A DNA stretch of 32,000 nt from Nitrososphaerota archaeon (GCA_013378385.1 JACAFS010000001.1:1-32000), one strand, 5' to 3'; counted from the stretch's first letter, positions 16,886-26,154 are shown. Notes: generated by a model from the sequence alone, not told the origin. Numbers and translations are program-made.

Positions 16886-17584
16886 TTAAATTATCAATCT
16901 GTGACATTCATATGCTTCAGCATATTTTACACCTATCTCGGTACCTCTAAGCTCTGCTATATTCTCAATTACTCTTGGTGTTCTGGGATGGTTCTTACTT
17001 CTTACTTGAGACGAATACAAAGATAATGCCTTGATTTTCTTTTTTAATTCTTTTGATATATCAACATAAAAATTAGGATGAAATCTTTTTCTAGTCCAAT
17101 TTGTTTCAGGTTGTTCATACGATAATACCATATTTGTAATATCTTTCTCATTATTTCTAACAGGCCTACATGCTGTAAAACTAGCTTTGGCAACAGCAAC
17201 ATGATCCTGATTTGTTGAACCTATAAAAGGAATTGCCACTATGTCTGGTTTTACTGTTGATAATGAAACCTCACCTTTCTCAATAGTGTTTATCAAATTC
17301 TTTTGTGGAACTTTGTCGAGTTTAAGGTGATATTCGTCACCTGCCCATGCTAAATCAAATGAATCTACCTTCAGATATCTCATTACTTTATTCATTTCTA
17401 GTATTCTTTTCTCGGAGTTACTGGTTCCTCCATATTGTTTGATATTTCCCACTGTAAAACATAAAACATGAACTTCTCCACCCCCTGCTTTAACCTTTGA
17501 AATTAAACCTCCACATCCAAGGACTTCATCATCAGGATGAGGGGCAATAACTAATAATTTCTTGTTCTTGTAATTTATTGTCAT
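16886..17584 (-). CDS. PIG-L/LmbE-family N-acetyl-sugar deacetylase
   Basis: LVIAPHPDDEVLGCGG and NQDHVAV motifs. 232 aa. ATGA overlap with the upstream methyltransferase gene. Confidence 0.85.
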   Translation of the reverse strand: MTINYKNKKLLVIAPHPDDEVLGCGGLISKVKAGGGEVHVLCFTVGNIKQYGGTSNSEKRILEMNKVMRYLKVDSFDLAWAGDEYHLKLDKVPQKNLINTIEKGEVSLSTVKPDIVAIPFIGSTNQDHVAVAKASFTACRPVRNNEKDITNMVLSYEQPETNWTRKRFHPNFYVDISKELKKKIKALSLYSSQVRSKNHPRTPRVIENIAELRGTEIGVKYAEAYECHRLII

Positions 17585-18339
17585 TTCCTAGCTGATATTC
17601 CCATTACTACTTTTTTTGTTATAAACTTATTTTCTTTTACGAATATGTCTTCGATTACTTTCTCAAATTTATTCTGTTCTTCCTTTTCAAATAACGTATA
17701 AGATTTCCAGTATCTTAATAATTCATCTTTACTAGGAAATGTGACAGGATTCTCAAAAATATCTATTTTTACTTCTCCAAATAATGTTTCAAAATATGGC
17801 AAAGCTTTTGACTCCATAAAATTATTGTGCATATTATATTCTTCAGGAAGCTTTTCAAAAGTTTCATGTATGTCGGTTAATTCTTTGTTATTTCTCTTGA
17901 TTGGCCCACAAACAAAACATTTACCTCCTTCTTTTAACTTATCATATATGTCATTAATTGTTTTTTTATAATTTTTTGAATAATATAAACCAAAACAACA
18001 CAAAATTAAGTCGAATTGAGCATTTTTGAATTCACTATCTATATATTCCATACTTCCATTTTTTAAAAATACTTTCTCTCTTTCTACATTTGATTCAATT
18101 TCATTTAGAAGATCTTTTGATATGTCTAATCCCGTGACTGATCCATTTTCATTAATTGCTTCACTTATTGGAATTAGTTGTTTTCCATTTCCACATGCTA
18201 TGTCTAATACTTGGTCATCTTCTTTAATCTCTAATTTCGGAATTATCCAGTCATTTATTTCGAATTTCGCATAATTTGCATGTGCAGCTAGCCTATTATT
18301 CAATGCATTGCTGGAATTTTGCGCTCTTACCAATTTCAA
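17581..18339 (-). CDS. Class I SAM-dependent methyltransferase
   Basis: Motif I VLDIACGNGKQ, post-I GLDIS, LILCCFGLYY. TTG start is required to retain motif I. Confidence 0.8.
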   Translation of the reverse strand: MKLVRAQNSSNALNNRLAAHANYAKFEINDWIIPKLEIKEDDQVLDIACGNGKQLIPISEAINENGSVTGLDISKDLLNEIESNVEREKVFLKNGSMEYIDSEFKNAQFDLILCCFGLYYSKNYKKTINDIYDKLKEGGKCFVCGPIKRNNKELTDIHETFEKLPEEYNMHNNFMESKALPYFETLFGEVKIDIFENPVTFPSKDELLRYWKSYTLFEKEEQNKFEKVIEDIFVKENKFITKKVVMGISARK

Positions 18340-18373
18340 TCACTTTGCTTATAATTTCTTATAAATTAAACCA

Positions 18374-19957
18374 TTACTCTATTGTGTACTTAATTTTCTT
18401 AATTATTTTAGATTTATCAGCATCTATTATATATTTTCCAAGCCGTGGACCTTTATTGCTACCTAGAAGTATCTGGTATATCAGTTGAAATAATACCCTG
18501 GGTTTCATATCATTTGATTTTGCTATCTCAAATATTTCACTTTGAATAACATCAGGATCGGAATTCTTCTCTAATAACGTAACAATTTCTGATAATGGTT
18601 TCTTATGTTCGTCTAACACTTCCACATTTCCAATCGTATCCGTTTTAAAATCTCGCGCCCAATTTATTCCTAATTTAATCCTATGTAATATATTATCATC
18701 AATTTCCTTCACATACTGATATTCGACCAGTTTCTTTGATATATACTCGATAGAATTATCTTCAGGGGCTATTTCCGCTAATTCTACTAATAGTCTATAC
18801 GGAAGGTGAATTGATTCTTTTTCTGGTGGGTTTAAATGATTGACATATTCATATAATCCCTTCATTCTAATTGTCTTGTCTTTATTCTCGGACATAGTCT
18901 TATTGAAATATATATCCTCTACTACGTCCACTTCATCCATGTATGTTGGAATATCTTCTACTGATAATGATCTTGCTCCTGAAATTCTTTTGAACATTAA
19001 TAATAACAACGATGAAGGAGTTCCATACTCGAGCCATTTTTGTGGTGTTAAAACATTTCCTATTGATTTAGATATCTTCTTACCTGATTTATCTAAAAAC
19101 ATCTCATATCTGATATGAAATGGATGAACGTGATTGAGAATATTCCCTGATATCCAATCATTAATCTTTACAGAATCTTCTATATCTTTTCCATAAGCTT
19201 CAAATCTTATGTCCAGAGCAGACCATCTTGCAGCAAATTCAACTTTCCAACCTAGCTTTCCCTTTCCTTCTGATAACTTTGTTTCACCATCATGGCCACA
19301 ACCTTTGATTAAATTTCCTCCAATTTCAACGTCATTACATCTATAATGTATTATGTCTCTCTCATTGTCGAATTCAGTCGGAACTGTCACATATATCTTA
19401 TTACAATTACCACATATTGGATAATACGGTAATAATTTTTCAAATTTTGTTTGTCCAGTTATTTCTGCTATTTTCTTTCCAATTATCTCTGAATTTTTTA
19501 GTATCTTACTTGTCTGGTTTCTCAATATCCCCTCTTTGTAAATTTTTGTTGCACTCTTAAAATCATAATCAATATTTAATTTGTCTAATCCGTCAAGTAA
19601 CAAAGAACTCATATGTTGACCATAGGATGTATGACATCCAAATGGATCGTCAATTGATGATACGGGTTTCCCTAGCTCTTCTTGAAGTCTATCTGGAAAA
19701 CCCTCTGGAACTTTTCTAAGACCATCCATGTCATCTGAATACGCTATCAGTTTTGATTTATACCCGTTGTCTTCTAGTGCAATTTTTACTCCATATGCTC
19801 GTACTGCATCCCCTAAACTTCCTATATGAGGAATTCCTGATGCTCCTAGTCCACTTTCAACATTAATTATTTCTGTAGAACGTTCTAGTTGAACTTCTCT
19901 CTTTATAATATCATTAGTTAATTTATCTATCCAGGTCCCTCTTCCTATAGTGCTCAA
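18374..19957 (-). CDS. lysK: Lysyl-tRNA synthetase, class I
   Basis: 527 aa. HIGH-type GIPHIGSLGD and KMSKS-type KISKSIGN. No in-frame ATG before the HIGH motif, so the TTG start is used. Confidence 0.9.
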   Translation of the reverse strand: MSTIGRGTWIDKLTNDIIKREVQLERSTEIINVESGLGASGIPHIGSLGDAVRAYGVKIALEDNGYKSKLIAYSDDMDGLRKVPEGFPDRLQEELGKPVSSIDDPFGCHTSYGQHMSSLLLDGLDKLNIDYDFKSATKIYKEGILRNQTSKILKNSEIIGKKIAEITGQTKFEKLLPYYPICGNCNKIYVTVPTEFDNERDIIHYRCNDVEIGGNLIKGCGHDGETKLSEGKGKLGWKVEFAARWSALDIRFEAYGKDIEDSVKINDWISGNILNHVHPFHIRYEMFLDKSGKKISKSIGNVLTPQKWLEYGTPSSLLLLMFKRISGARSLSVEDIPTYMDEVDVVEDIYFNKTMSENKDKTIRMKGLYEYVNHLNPPEKESIHLPYRLLVELAEIAPEDNSIEYISKKLVEYQYVKEIDDNILHRIKLGINWARDFKTDTIGNVEVLDEHKKPLSEIVTLLEKNSDPDVIQSEIFEIAKSNDMKPRVLFQLIYQILLGSNKGPRLGKYIIDADKSKIIKKIKYTIE

Positions 19958-19967
19958 TTCTTAATCA

Positions 19968-20552
19968 TTATTCCTTTCTTTTTTGTATTTTCTTATTTAC
20001 TTTTTTTTCCTCTTTTTTACTAGCTCCGATATAAAATACCAGTAATCCAATTATGACTAAAATATTTGCAATACCACTGTAACTTGATTCAAGTCTTATT
20101 GATATTGAATTCTCTACAGTCTCCTCTGTGTTATGATTCCAAACAACAACTGTTACTTTTTCCATTCCTGGATCTAACATTCTTTTGAATGTTCCTGCCA
20201 ATTCTAGTTTCTCAACTATTGGTTCCCAATCATCACAAATTTCACCTCCCTCTCTTGATCCTCCACATCTCTTGAAAATATCGTAATTCTCCTCATCAAA
20301 TACATACAAATCTATGACATCTCCCCTTGTCTCAATTCCATCTCTAACTTCTGGCCCTTGGTTGTTATTTGTTAATTCAAGTCGATAATTGGCCATGGGC
20401 AGAGGAAGTGTTTGTACATCTGCATAGTATGTTATGAAAGAATTAACTGGGATTACGTCAAATTCTGATAATACTGTTACTGAGCTCAAAGAAAACACAT
20501 ATGCCCCGAATATTGCTATAACCACGCCAATTACTAAGATCTGTTTATTCAT
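19968..20552 (-). CDS. Hypothetical membrane protein (N-terminal signal/anchor helix, C-terminal helix plus Lys-rich tail)
   Basis: ILVIGVVIAIFGAYVFSL at the N-terminus. IANILVIIGLLVFYIGA followed by KKEEKKVNKKIQKRKE at the C-terminus. No recognisable family. Confidence 0.6.
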   Translation of the reverse strand: MNKQILVIGVVIAIFGAYVFSLSSVTVLSEFDVIPVNSFITYYADVQTLPLPMANYRLELTNNNQGPEVRDGIETRGDVIDLYVFDEENYDIFKRCGGSREGGEICDDWEPIVEKLELAGTFKRMLDPGMEKVTVVVWNHNTEETVENSISIRLESSYSGIANILVIIGLLVFYIGASKKEEKKVNKKIQKRKE

Positions 20553-20628
20553 TCTTTACATCTTCTCAATTATAAAAATAGATTAATAAAATATACGCTA
20601 CACTCTCAGAATTGATAAATATGTTCGT

Positions 20629-20808
20629 TTATCGGTTACGAACGACTTTATCCCATTTTTGACCAACAGTTCTATTGAGTATGATTCTTGTTTTGAACGA
20701 TCTCTTTGATTTTACTCTAGGATTCCTACTTGTTCTTACTTTACCTTCGACTTTAGGTGTTTGACCTCTAACTTTACCTGCTTTTGTCAATGAACCGTGA
20801 GTTGGCAT
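20629..20808 (-). CDS. rps30e: Ribosomal protein eS30 (S30e)
   Basis: MPTHGSLTKAGKVRGQTPKV is the eS30 signature. I prefer ATG 20808 over the TTG at 20814 used by the ORF track. Confidence 0.9.
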   Translation of the reverse strand: MPTHGSLTKAGKVRGQTPKVEGKVRTSRNPRVKSKRSFKTRIILNRTVGQKWDKVVRNR

Positions 20809-20830
20809 ATCCAATCATAGTTATTCGACA

Positions 20831-20838
20831 TTTAAAAA
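20831..20838. promoter_or_regulatory. TATA-like element tttaaaaa in the divergent eS30/nop5 intergenic region
   Basis: Centred ~26 nt upstream of the eS30 ATG (minus strand reads tttttaaa) and ~50 nt upstream of the nop5 TTG. Sequence pattern only. Confidence 0.3.
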
Positions 20839-20883
20839 TGTGATGTTATTTTCAGTGTTATTGAGAAACTTTAAGAATGGTTA

Positions 20884-22113
20884 TTGACTATTTTCAATAT
20901 CTTGGCCAATAAACTCATTCTCACTGAAGCAGGTATTATTATTATCAATGATAAATATGAAGTACTTCAAAGCCATAGATTTCAACCTGGTTCTGAAATT
21001 TCACTCTATTCAGAGACCAAACGAGGAATTATTGCCGCTAACATTAAAGAATTCCTTTTAAGTCAATCTGATTTATTATCTGATTCTTCTGAGGTAAATG
21101 ATCAATCATTACTAACAATCCTGCATAACCTCTATCCGAATGAAAATTTTATTTATAAAACAATTAATTCCTCAAACCTCTTCCCATTATTTGTTCAATC
21201 CGGTTTCTTTAATTCTGAAGAGGAAATCCGAAATTTTCTTCAGGAATTCTCTATTGAATACTCCAAACAACAAATTCGTGATGTTTCTGGAAAGGAAGAC
21301 TTGCAAATAATTGAAGGAATTAATTCTCTCGACGAACTTGATAAAGCTATTAACATTCTCATGGCTCGTATTAACGAATGGTATGGCCTACACTTTCCTG
21401 AACTCGAAAACCTACTCAAGGATAGTAATGTATATTTCAAATTTGTATCTCTTGGTCTAGACAGAACATCTATTACTGAAAAAGACCTAAGTTCTTTTAG
21501 TTTTTCTGAAAAAAAACTTGATGCTATCTTTAGTTCCGCTCAAAATTCGAAAGGTGGAAGCATTAACTCCAAAGACTTATCGATTATTTCTATCTTGTCG
21601 GAAAATATAATAAATCAAGTCAAGGTACGTGATAAAGTATTGAATTATATTAATAATTTAATGAATAATATTGCTCCTAATCTAAGTGCAATTGCAGGTC
21701 CTACTGTTGGCGCTCGTTTAATTGCAAAATCTGGTGGTTTGATGAAACTTGCTAGATTGCCGTCAAGTACAATCCAAGTTCTAGGTGCTGAAAAAGCCCT
21801 GTTTAGATCATTAAAAAGCGGAAGTCGACCTCCTAAACATGGAATCATTTTCCAACATGATATGGTACATTCTAGCCCTAAGCACCAGCGTGGAAAAATT
21901 GCACGTTCTTTGGCAAGTAAGATTGCTATTGCTGCACGAATTGATGCATTTCGTGGTACTAAGGAAATAGACATTGAAAATAGCCTTGACGAACGCTATC
22001 GTGAAATTCAGGAAAAATACGCTTCTCCTGTAGCAAATAGAAATAACTTTACAAAGAAAAAACATAAAAAACTTAGGCGAAGTATGAATGAAAAACGACG
22101 AAGATCTTCCTGA
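20884..22113 (+). CDS. nop5: Nop5 (Nop56/58) C/D box sRNP core protein
   Basis: NOP domain AGPTVGARLIAKSGGLMKLARLPSSTIQVLGAEKALFR and HGIIFQH. Basic C-terminal tail. TTG start. Overlaps flpA by 26 nt. Confidence 0.9.
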   Translation: MTIFNILANKLILTEAGIIIINDKYEVLQSHRFQPGSEISLYSETKRGIIAANIKEFLLSQSDLLSDSSEVNDQSLLTILHNLYPNENFIYKTINSSNLFPLFVQSGFFNSEEEIRNFLQEFSIEYSKQQIRDVSGKEDLQIIEGINSLDELDKAINILMARINEWYGLHFPELENLLKDSNVYFKFVSLGLDRTSITEKDLSSFSFSEKKLDAIFSSAQNSKGGSINSKDLSIISILSENIINQVKVRDKVLNYINNLMNNIAPNLSAIAGPTVGARLIAKSGGLMKLARLPSSTIQVLGAEKALFRSLKSGSRPPKHGIIFQHDMVHSSPKHQRGKIARSLASKIAIAARIDAFRGTKEIDIENSLDERYREIQEKYASPVANRNNFTKKKHKKLRRSMNEKRRRSS

Positions 22114-22771
22114 TAATGTAGATTGGATTGAAGTTGCAGGAAAAGAAAAACTTGCAACAAAAAACTATGTTCCAGGTAATAGTGTATATGGGGAGCATCT
22201 CCAAAAATCTTCTACCCATGAATTTCGTATCTGGGACCCATACCGCAGTAAACTAGCCGCTTGTATAATAAATGGTATGAAAAACATTCCCTTCACAAGT
22301 GGTTCAACAATCTTGTATCTGGGCTCTTCTACAGGAACTACTCCTTCACATGTTTCTGATATCGTTGGCAAAGATGGATTATTATTTTGTGTTGAAATTT
22401 CTTCTCGTGTAGCACGTGATTTTATTGATAACGTCGTATCTTTCCGTAATAATATAATTCCAATCATTGCCGACGCTCATAATATTGATAGCTATACTTC
22501 AATTTTTAGAAATATTGATAGCGTTTATTGTGATATATCTCAACCTGATCAAACTGATATTGCTATATCTAATTGTAAAGAATTTCTTTCAAGTGGTTCA
22601 AAGTTACTTCTTGTAATTAAATCACGCAGCATTGATACAACAAAGTCCCCAAAATCTATTTATGAACAAGAAATGACTAAATTAGAATCTAGTGGTTTTG
22701 ATATCGATCAAATGATTGACCTTCATCCTTTTGATAAAGATCATGCGTTAATAATGGCAACAATGCGATGA
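22088..22771 (+). CDS. flpA: Fibrillarin-like rRNA/tRNA 2'-O-methyltransferase
   Basis: RIWDPYRSKLAA, ILYLGSSTGTTPSHVSDI, VYCDISQPDQ. Classic nop5-flpA operon arrangement. Confidence 0.9.
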   Translation: MKNDEDLPDNVDWIEVAGKEKLATKNYVPGNSVYGEHLQKSSTHEFRIWDPYRSKLAACIINGMKNIPFTSGSTILYLGSSTGTTPSHVSDIVGKDGLLFCVEISSRVARDFIDNVVSFRNNIIPIIADAHNIDSYTSIFRNIDSVYCDISQPDQTDIAISNCKEFLSSGSKLLLVIKSRSIDTTKSPKSIYEQEMTKLESSGFDIDQMIDLHPFDKDHALIMATMR

Positions 22772-22778
22772 TATACGA

Positions 22779-23483
22779 TCATAAATAATCTTCAATTTTT
22801 GGCTGTAAATCTATCCATGTTTTCCAAGATTTTCTTGTAAAATCCGGCATTTTTTTATTCTTCATAACCCATTCTCGTAAAAATATTCTAGTAATTGGAT
22901 CTGAAGGATAACCGCTACCTATAATTCCATGAATTCTTTCTAATTTTAGAATCTCATTGTCACGATTGAATTTTGCAATTATTCAAGCCGCTGCAACAAT
23001 TATATATCTCTCATCTGCTTTATGCCTAGAATATATCTTCATTCTCGTATCAATTCGATTAATTATTCTCTGTTTAAATCTCTCTGGATTGACATCACAT
23101 GAATCTACATAAATTGAATTTGATTTCAATTTATTCATCATCTTTGCAATTGAATTTGCTTCTAATTCATTTAGTCCAATTATCTTATTTCCCGGGTAAT
23201 AGTTCTTCTTTTTTGCAAATTCTTTTCTCAATCTTACTGCTTTATCAATTTTCTTTTCGGATAACCTAGTTATTGAAACATGTTGTGATTCCTCCATGAT
23301 AATTTTTGAAAGAATTTCTCTATTCTTTGGCGTGACTTTTTTTGAATCTTTTACACCAAGTTTTGAAAATTTTCTAATTATTTTTTTATCTGCGGTAACA
23401 CACGCTATTACTAACGGACCAATAATAGATCCCCTTCCTGCCTCGTCTACTCCTGATACCAGTTTATTATTCAAATTCTTCAA
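22779..23483 (-). pseudogene. rnhB: RNase HII interrupted by a single in-frame TGA (166 aa + stop + 67 aa)
   Basis: N-terminal part has GVDEAGRGSIIGPLV, YVDSCD, HKADERYIIVAAA then TGA. The same frame continues IIAKFNRDNEILKL...GSGYPSDPITRIFL...RKSWKTW to TGA 22779-22781. Confidence 0.75.
22983..22985 (-). other. In-frame TGA at the position of the conserved Ser in the RNase HII AAAS-I-I/L-AK motif
   Basis: Plus strand tca equals minus strand tga. The flanking codons are gct (A) and ata (I). Confidence 0.9.
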
Positions 23484-24009
23484 TTATACTTTTGTATATA
23501 CTATCAATCACTTCAACTTTGTGTTTATCATTTAAATCATGAAGTTCTAAATTTGCTGATTTTTTTATTTCTTGAATAATTGGATGATTAAATTTTGTTT
23601 GTATTGCACATAGTATCTTCTTATCTTCATTTAATAATGACTGAAGCACATCACAAAATTTATTACTAAAAAGCTCCATTGGCCCTATCATATCTATTAT
23701 TATTAATTCTGCTTTTGTTGATGATTGATGTAATTCATCAATGATCAAGTTGTCAATGTTGTCTATATTTATCCTAAATTTCTGTAATCTTGGACCTGTT
23801 TTTTTATCTACATCTGCTAATTCAAAAGTAATACCTGTTGAAATATTCATAATTTCTATTCCAGTCCTCTTTCCGTATTTTCGTATATCTCTTGTCAATA
23901 TGCCTCCCATAGAAATATTATCCGATGACAATCTATAGTGTAATGTATTGATTACTTTGGTCTTTCCTGTACCAGTTCTTCCTGTTACTCCCCATACCTT
24001 CGAATTCAT
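23467..24009 (-). CDS. THEP1-like nucleoside-triphosphatase (P-loop, COG1618-type)
   Basis: Walker A GVTGRTGTGKTKV and Walker B-like LIIIDMIGPME. 180 aa. Confidence 0.7.
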   Translation of the reverse strand: MNSKVWGVTGRTGTGKTKVINTLHYRLSSDNISMGGILTRDIRKYGKRTGIEIMNISTGITFELADVDKKTGPRLQKFRINIDNIDNLIIDELHQSSTKAELIIIDMIGPMELFSNKFCDVLQSLLNEDKKILCAIQTKFNHPIIQEIKKSANLELHDLNDKHKVEVIDSIYKSIIEEFE

Positions 24010-24098
24010 CTAATTATTCCCTGTTTTCTATAGATATCCGATAATTTATATAAAATATCCATAAATTATTTATTTGGCAATTATATCCAAATGATTAC

Positions 24099-25007
24099 TT
24101 GTCAGAATTAGAATCTACGAACGTCGACGAAATTACCACTAAAATCAAGGATTTACTGGATTCCAGGAAAAATCTTGTGACTCAACTCAAATCCCTGAAT
24201 AAAAAAAGACTCGATATGCGTGATGAAATTAATACTATTACTTCTCAATTGGGAGAAGATCAGGCAGTTTTAGAACCACTATATGGCGAGGTGGGCACTT
24301 ATCGTAAAGAAAGACAAGGATTACTAAATGAAAAGAAACAAATTTGGACACAAATTAATGATACTAATGATGGCATTAAACAGAATGATTCTTTAAGTAA
24401 AGACCAAAACTCAAAACCCGATCGTAAATTTAATAAAAAAGAAAATTCCAAAAATATATCAAAACGAATAAAAGAAATTGAATGGAAACTTCAAACTGCA
24501 CAATTAACACGACAAGAAGAAAAACAGCTTATTGACAGTATTAAAACACTACAAAAAAAATATAACGTTTGGAAAAAATCTGCCACCGCTCGTAAAGAAT
24601 TATCTACATTATTTAAAAAAATTAAAACAATAGGAACTAATATAGACACAATTGACAAATCTCGAGAAAATATAAAAACATCTCTTGATGAAAAAAAGTC
24701 AGTCTTTGATACAAAGTTTAAACAACGTGAACAGCTATTCAATGAAATGAACGGTTTTAACGATGATATTAGAGAGTTAGAAACTACACTCAAAGCCAAT
24801 TCTAAAGAATTACAGTTATTGAAAACTCAACGAACTGAAATTTTCAAATCAATTAAATCTGTTAGCAAGTCTGAAATTCTTAAGAAAAAGAAAGTTATTC
24901 TTGAGAAAGAAAAATCCAAGGCTAAAGAAAAACTTGAATCTGGACAGTCCCTTTCATTTGATGAATTAAGATTAGCTTACGATGATGATGATGAGTACCT
25001 CTCGTAA
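24099..25007 (+). CDS. Archaeal coiled-coil protein (COG1340-like), function unknown
   Basis: 302 aa, K/E/L/Q-rich with heptad character throughout. TTG start. Confidence 0.6.
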   Translation: MSELESTNVDEITTKIKDLLDSRKNLVTQLKSLNKKRLDMRDEINTITSQLGEDQAVLEPLYGEVGTYRKERQGLLNEKKQIWTQINDTNDGIKQNDSLSKDQNSKPDRKFNKKENSKNISKRIKEIEWKLQTAQLTRQEEKQLIDSIKTLQKKYNVWKKSATARKELSTLFKKIKTIGTNIDTIDKSRENIKTSLDEKKSVFDTKFKQREQLFNEMNGFNDDIRELETTLKANSKELQLLKTQRTEIFKSIKSVSKSEILKKKKVILEKEKSKAKEKLESGQSLSFDELRLAYDDDDEYLS

Positions 25008-26154
25008 GAAAAGAACTTCTATTTCTAGAAGAAAAAAACAATCATCAAAACACACTCCTATTCTTATCATATGCATTGATAGAGATGACGATTTAGGTGA
25101 GAAAACTAATCTTAAATCTCCCATTATTGGCTCCAAAAACTGTGAAAATGCTGGAATGAAACTTGCTATTAGTGATCCTGAAGAAGCAGACGCTAATGCT
25201 ATTTTCGCCGCTGTTAAAACCTATAACGAATTATCGCGCACTGGACGTAAATGCGAAGTTGCGATTGTTACTGGTAATCATTCCGGTGGGTTCCAATCAG
25301 ATGAAAAAATGCGTAAACAAATTCAATCAATTGTAAATAAAACAAAGATAGTTGATGCAATTCTTGTATCAGATGATTCTGACGAATCAAGTATTATACC
25401 ATTAGTTCAAGATATAATTTCAATTAACTCAATTCAAAGAATTGTTATCAAACATAGTGGAGCACTTGAAGAAACATACGCTGTTCTCGGCAGATATCTA
25501 AAAATGTTAATTTTTGATCAACGATATTCAAAATTTGCATTAGGTATACCCGGTTTATTATTTCTCTCTTGGGCATTTCTTGCATTATTCAATCTTCTTG
25601 AACAAGCTATCACTGTAACTCTGGCAATTCTTGGTATGGCTTTTGTCATTCGTGGTTTTGATTTAGATAGACTCACTAGATCTTTACCTAAATTAGAACT
25701 TACGTCTTATGTCCGATTATTCTCGTCTGTAGCAGGTTCCCTTGTATTAATTATTGGTACTTTCTTAGGAGCTTCTAGTATCTCACAATCAATTTCCATC
25801 AATGAAGCATTTTCTAGCCCCTCGAATCTTCTTTCATCAGCACCAGAATTAATTGGCGTCTTTGCCGTTGAATCTCTACTTCTTTTATGGATTGGCCTTG
25901 GATTATTTATTGCAGGCGATTTACTATCTAATTGGATTATTAATAAAAAACGACGTGTTATTCGCGGTGTAATACTGTTACTTACATTGGTTTTCCTGTT
26001 CTTACCGATTCAACAATTTGCAAAACTTCTTATTGGTATGGGTGATACATTTACTTTCATTGCATCCCTTATTTTCGGACTTGCTGGATCTTTTATCAGC
26101 GTAATATTTCTCTATCAAAGATACATTCGCTTACCTAGATCACGACGCAAGTAG
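24982..26154 (+). CDS. DUF373-family archaeal membrane protein
   Basis: Soluble N-domain ILIICIDRDDDLGEKT...ISDPEEADANAIFAAV followed by about 6 predicted helices. Four consecutive in-frame ATGs at 24982-24993. Confidence 0.7.
   Translation: MMMMSTSRKKRTSISRRKKQSSKHTPILIICIDRDDDLGEKTNLKSPIIGSKNCENAGMKLAISDPEEADANAIFAAVKTYNELSRTGRKCEVAIVTGNHSGGFQSDEKMRKQIQSIVNKTKIVDAILVSDDSDESSIIPLVQDIISINSIQRIVIKHSGALEETYAVLGRYLKMLIFDQRYSKFALGIPGLLFLSWAFLALFNLLEQAITVTLAILGMAFVIRGFDLDRLTRSLPKLELTSYVRLFSSVAGSLVLIIGTFLGASSISQSISINEAFSSPSNLLSSAPELIGVFAVESLLLLWIGLGLFIAGDLLSNWIINKKRRVIRGVILLLTLVFLFLPIQQFAKLLIGMGDTFTFIASLIFGLAGSFISVIFLYQRYIRLPRSRRK

Noticed and set aside
4776-18339. The glycan island as a mobile or integrated element
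   Set aside because: I recognised no integrase, transposase, flanking tRNA or terminal direct repeats. My spot GC counts inside the island ranged from about 22 to 45 percent, which is too noisy to claim a compositional shift without a proper calculation.
20553-20628. 76-nt gap downstream of eS30 containing ctga on the minus strand, a possible C/D sRNA next to the nop5/flpA locus
   Set aside because: No rtgatga C box was found in the preceding ~70 nt on that strand. The gap is better explained as the promoter region (tttttataa) of the membrane-protein gene.
21645-22065. 109-aa and 84-aa minus-strand ORFs antisense to nop5
   Set aside because: These are shadow ORFs inside a strongly supported Nop5 gene, with no recognisable domains.
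22983-22985. Selenocysteine or Trp recoding of the in-frame TGA in rnhB
   Set aside because: The position is an invariant Ser, not a redox Cys/Sec site. Other genes in the window terminate at TGA, and I saw no obvious conserved hairpin. A nonsense mutation or base-call error is more parsimonious.
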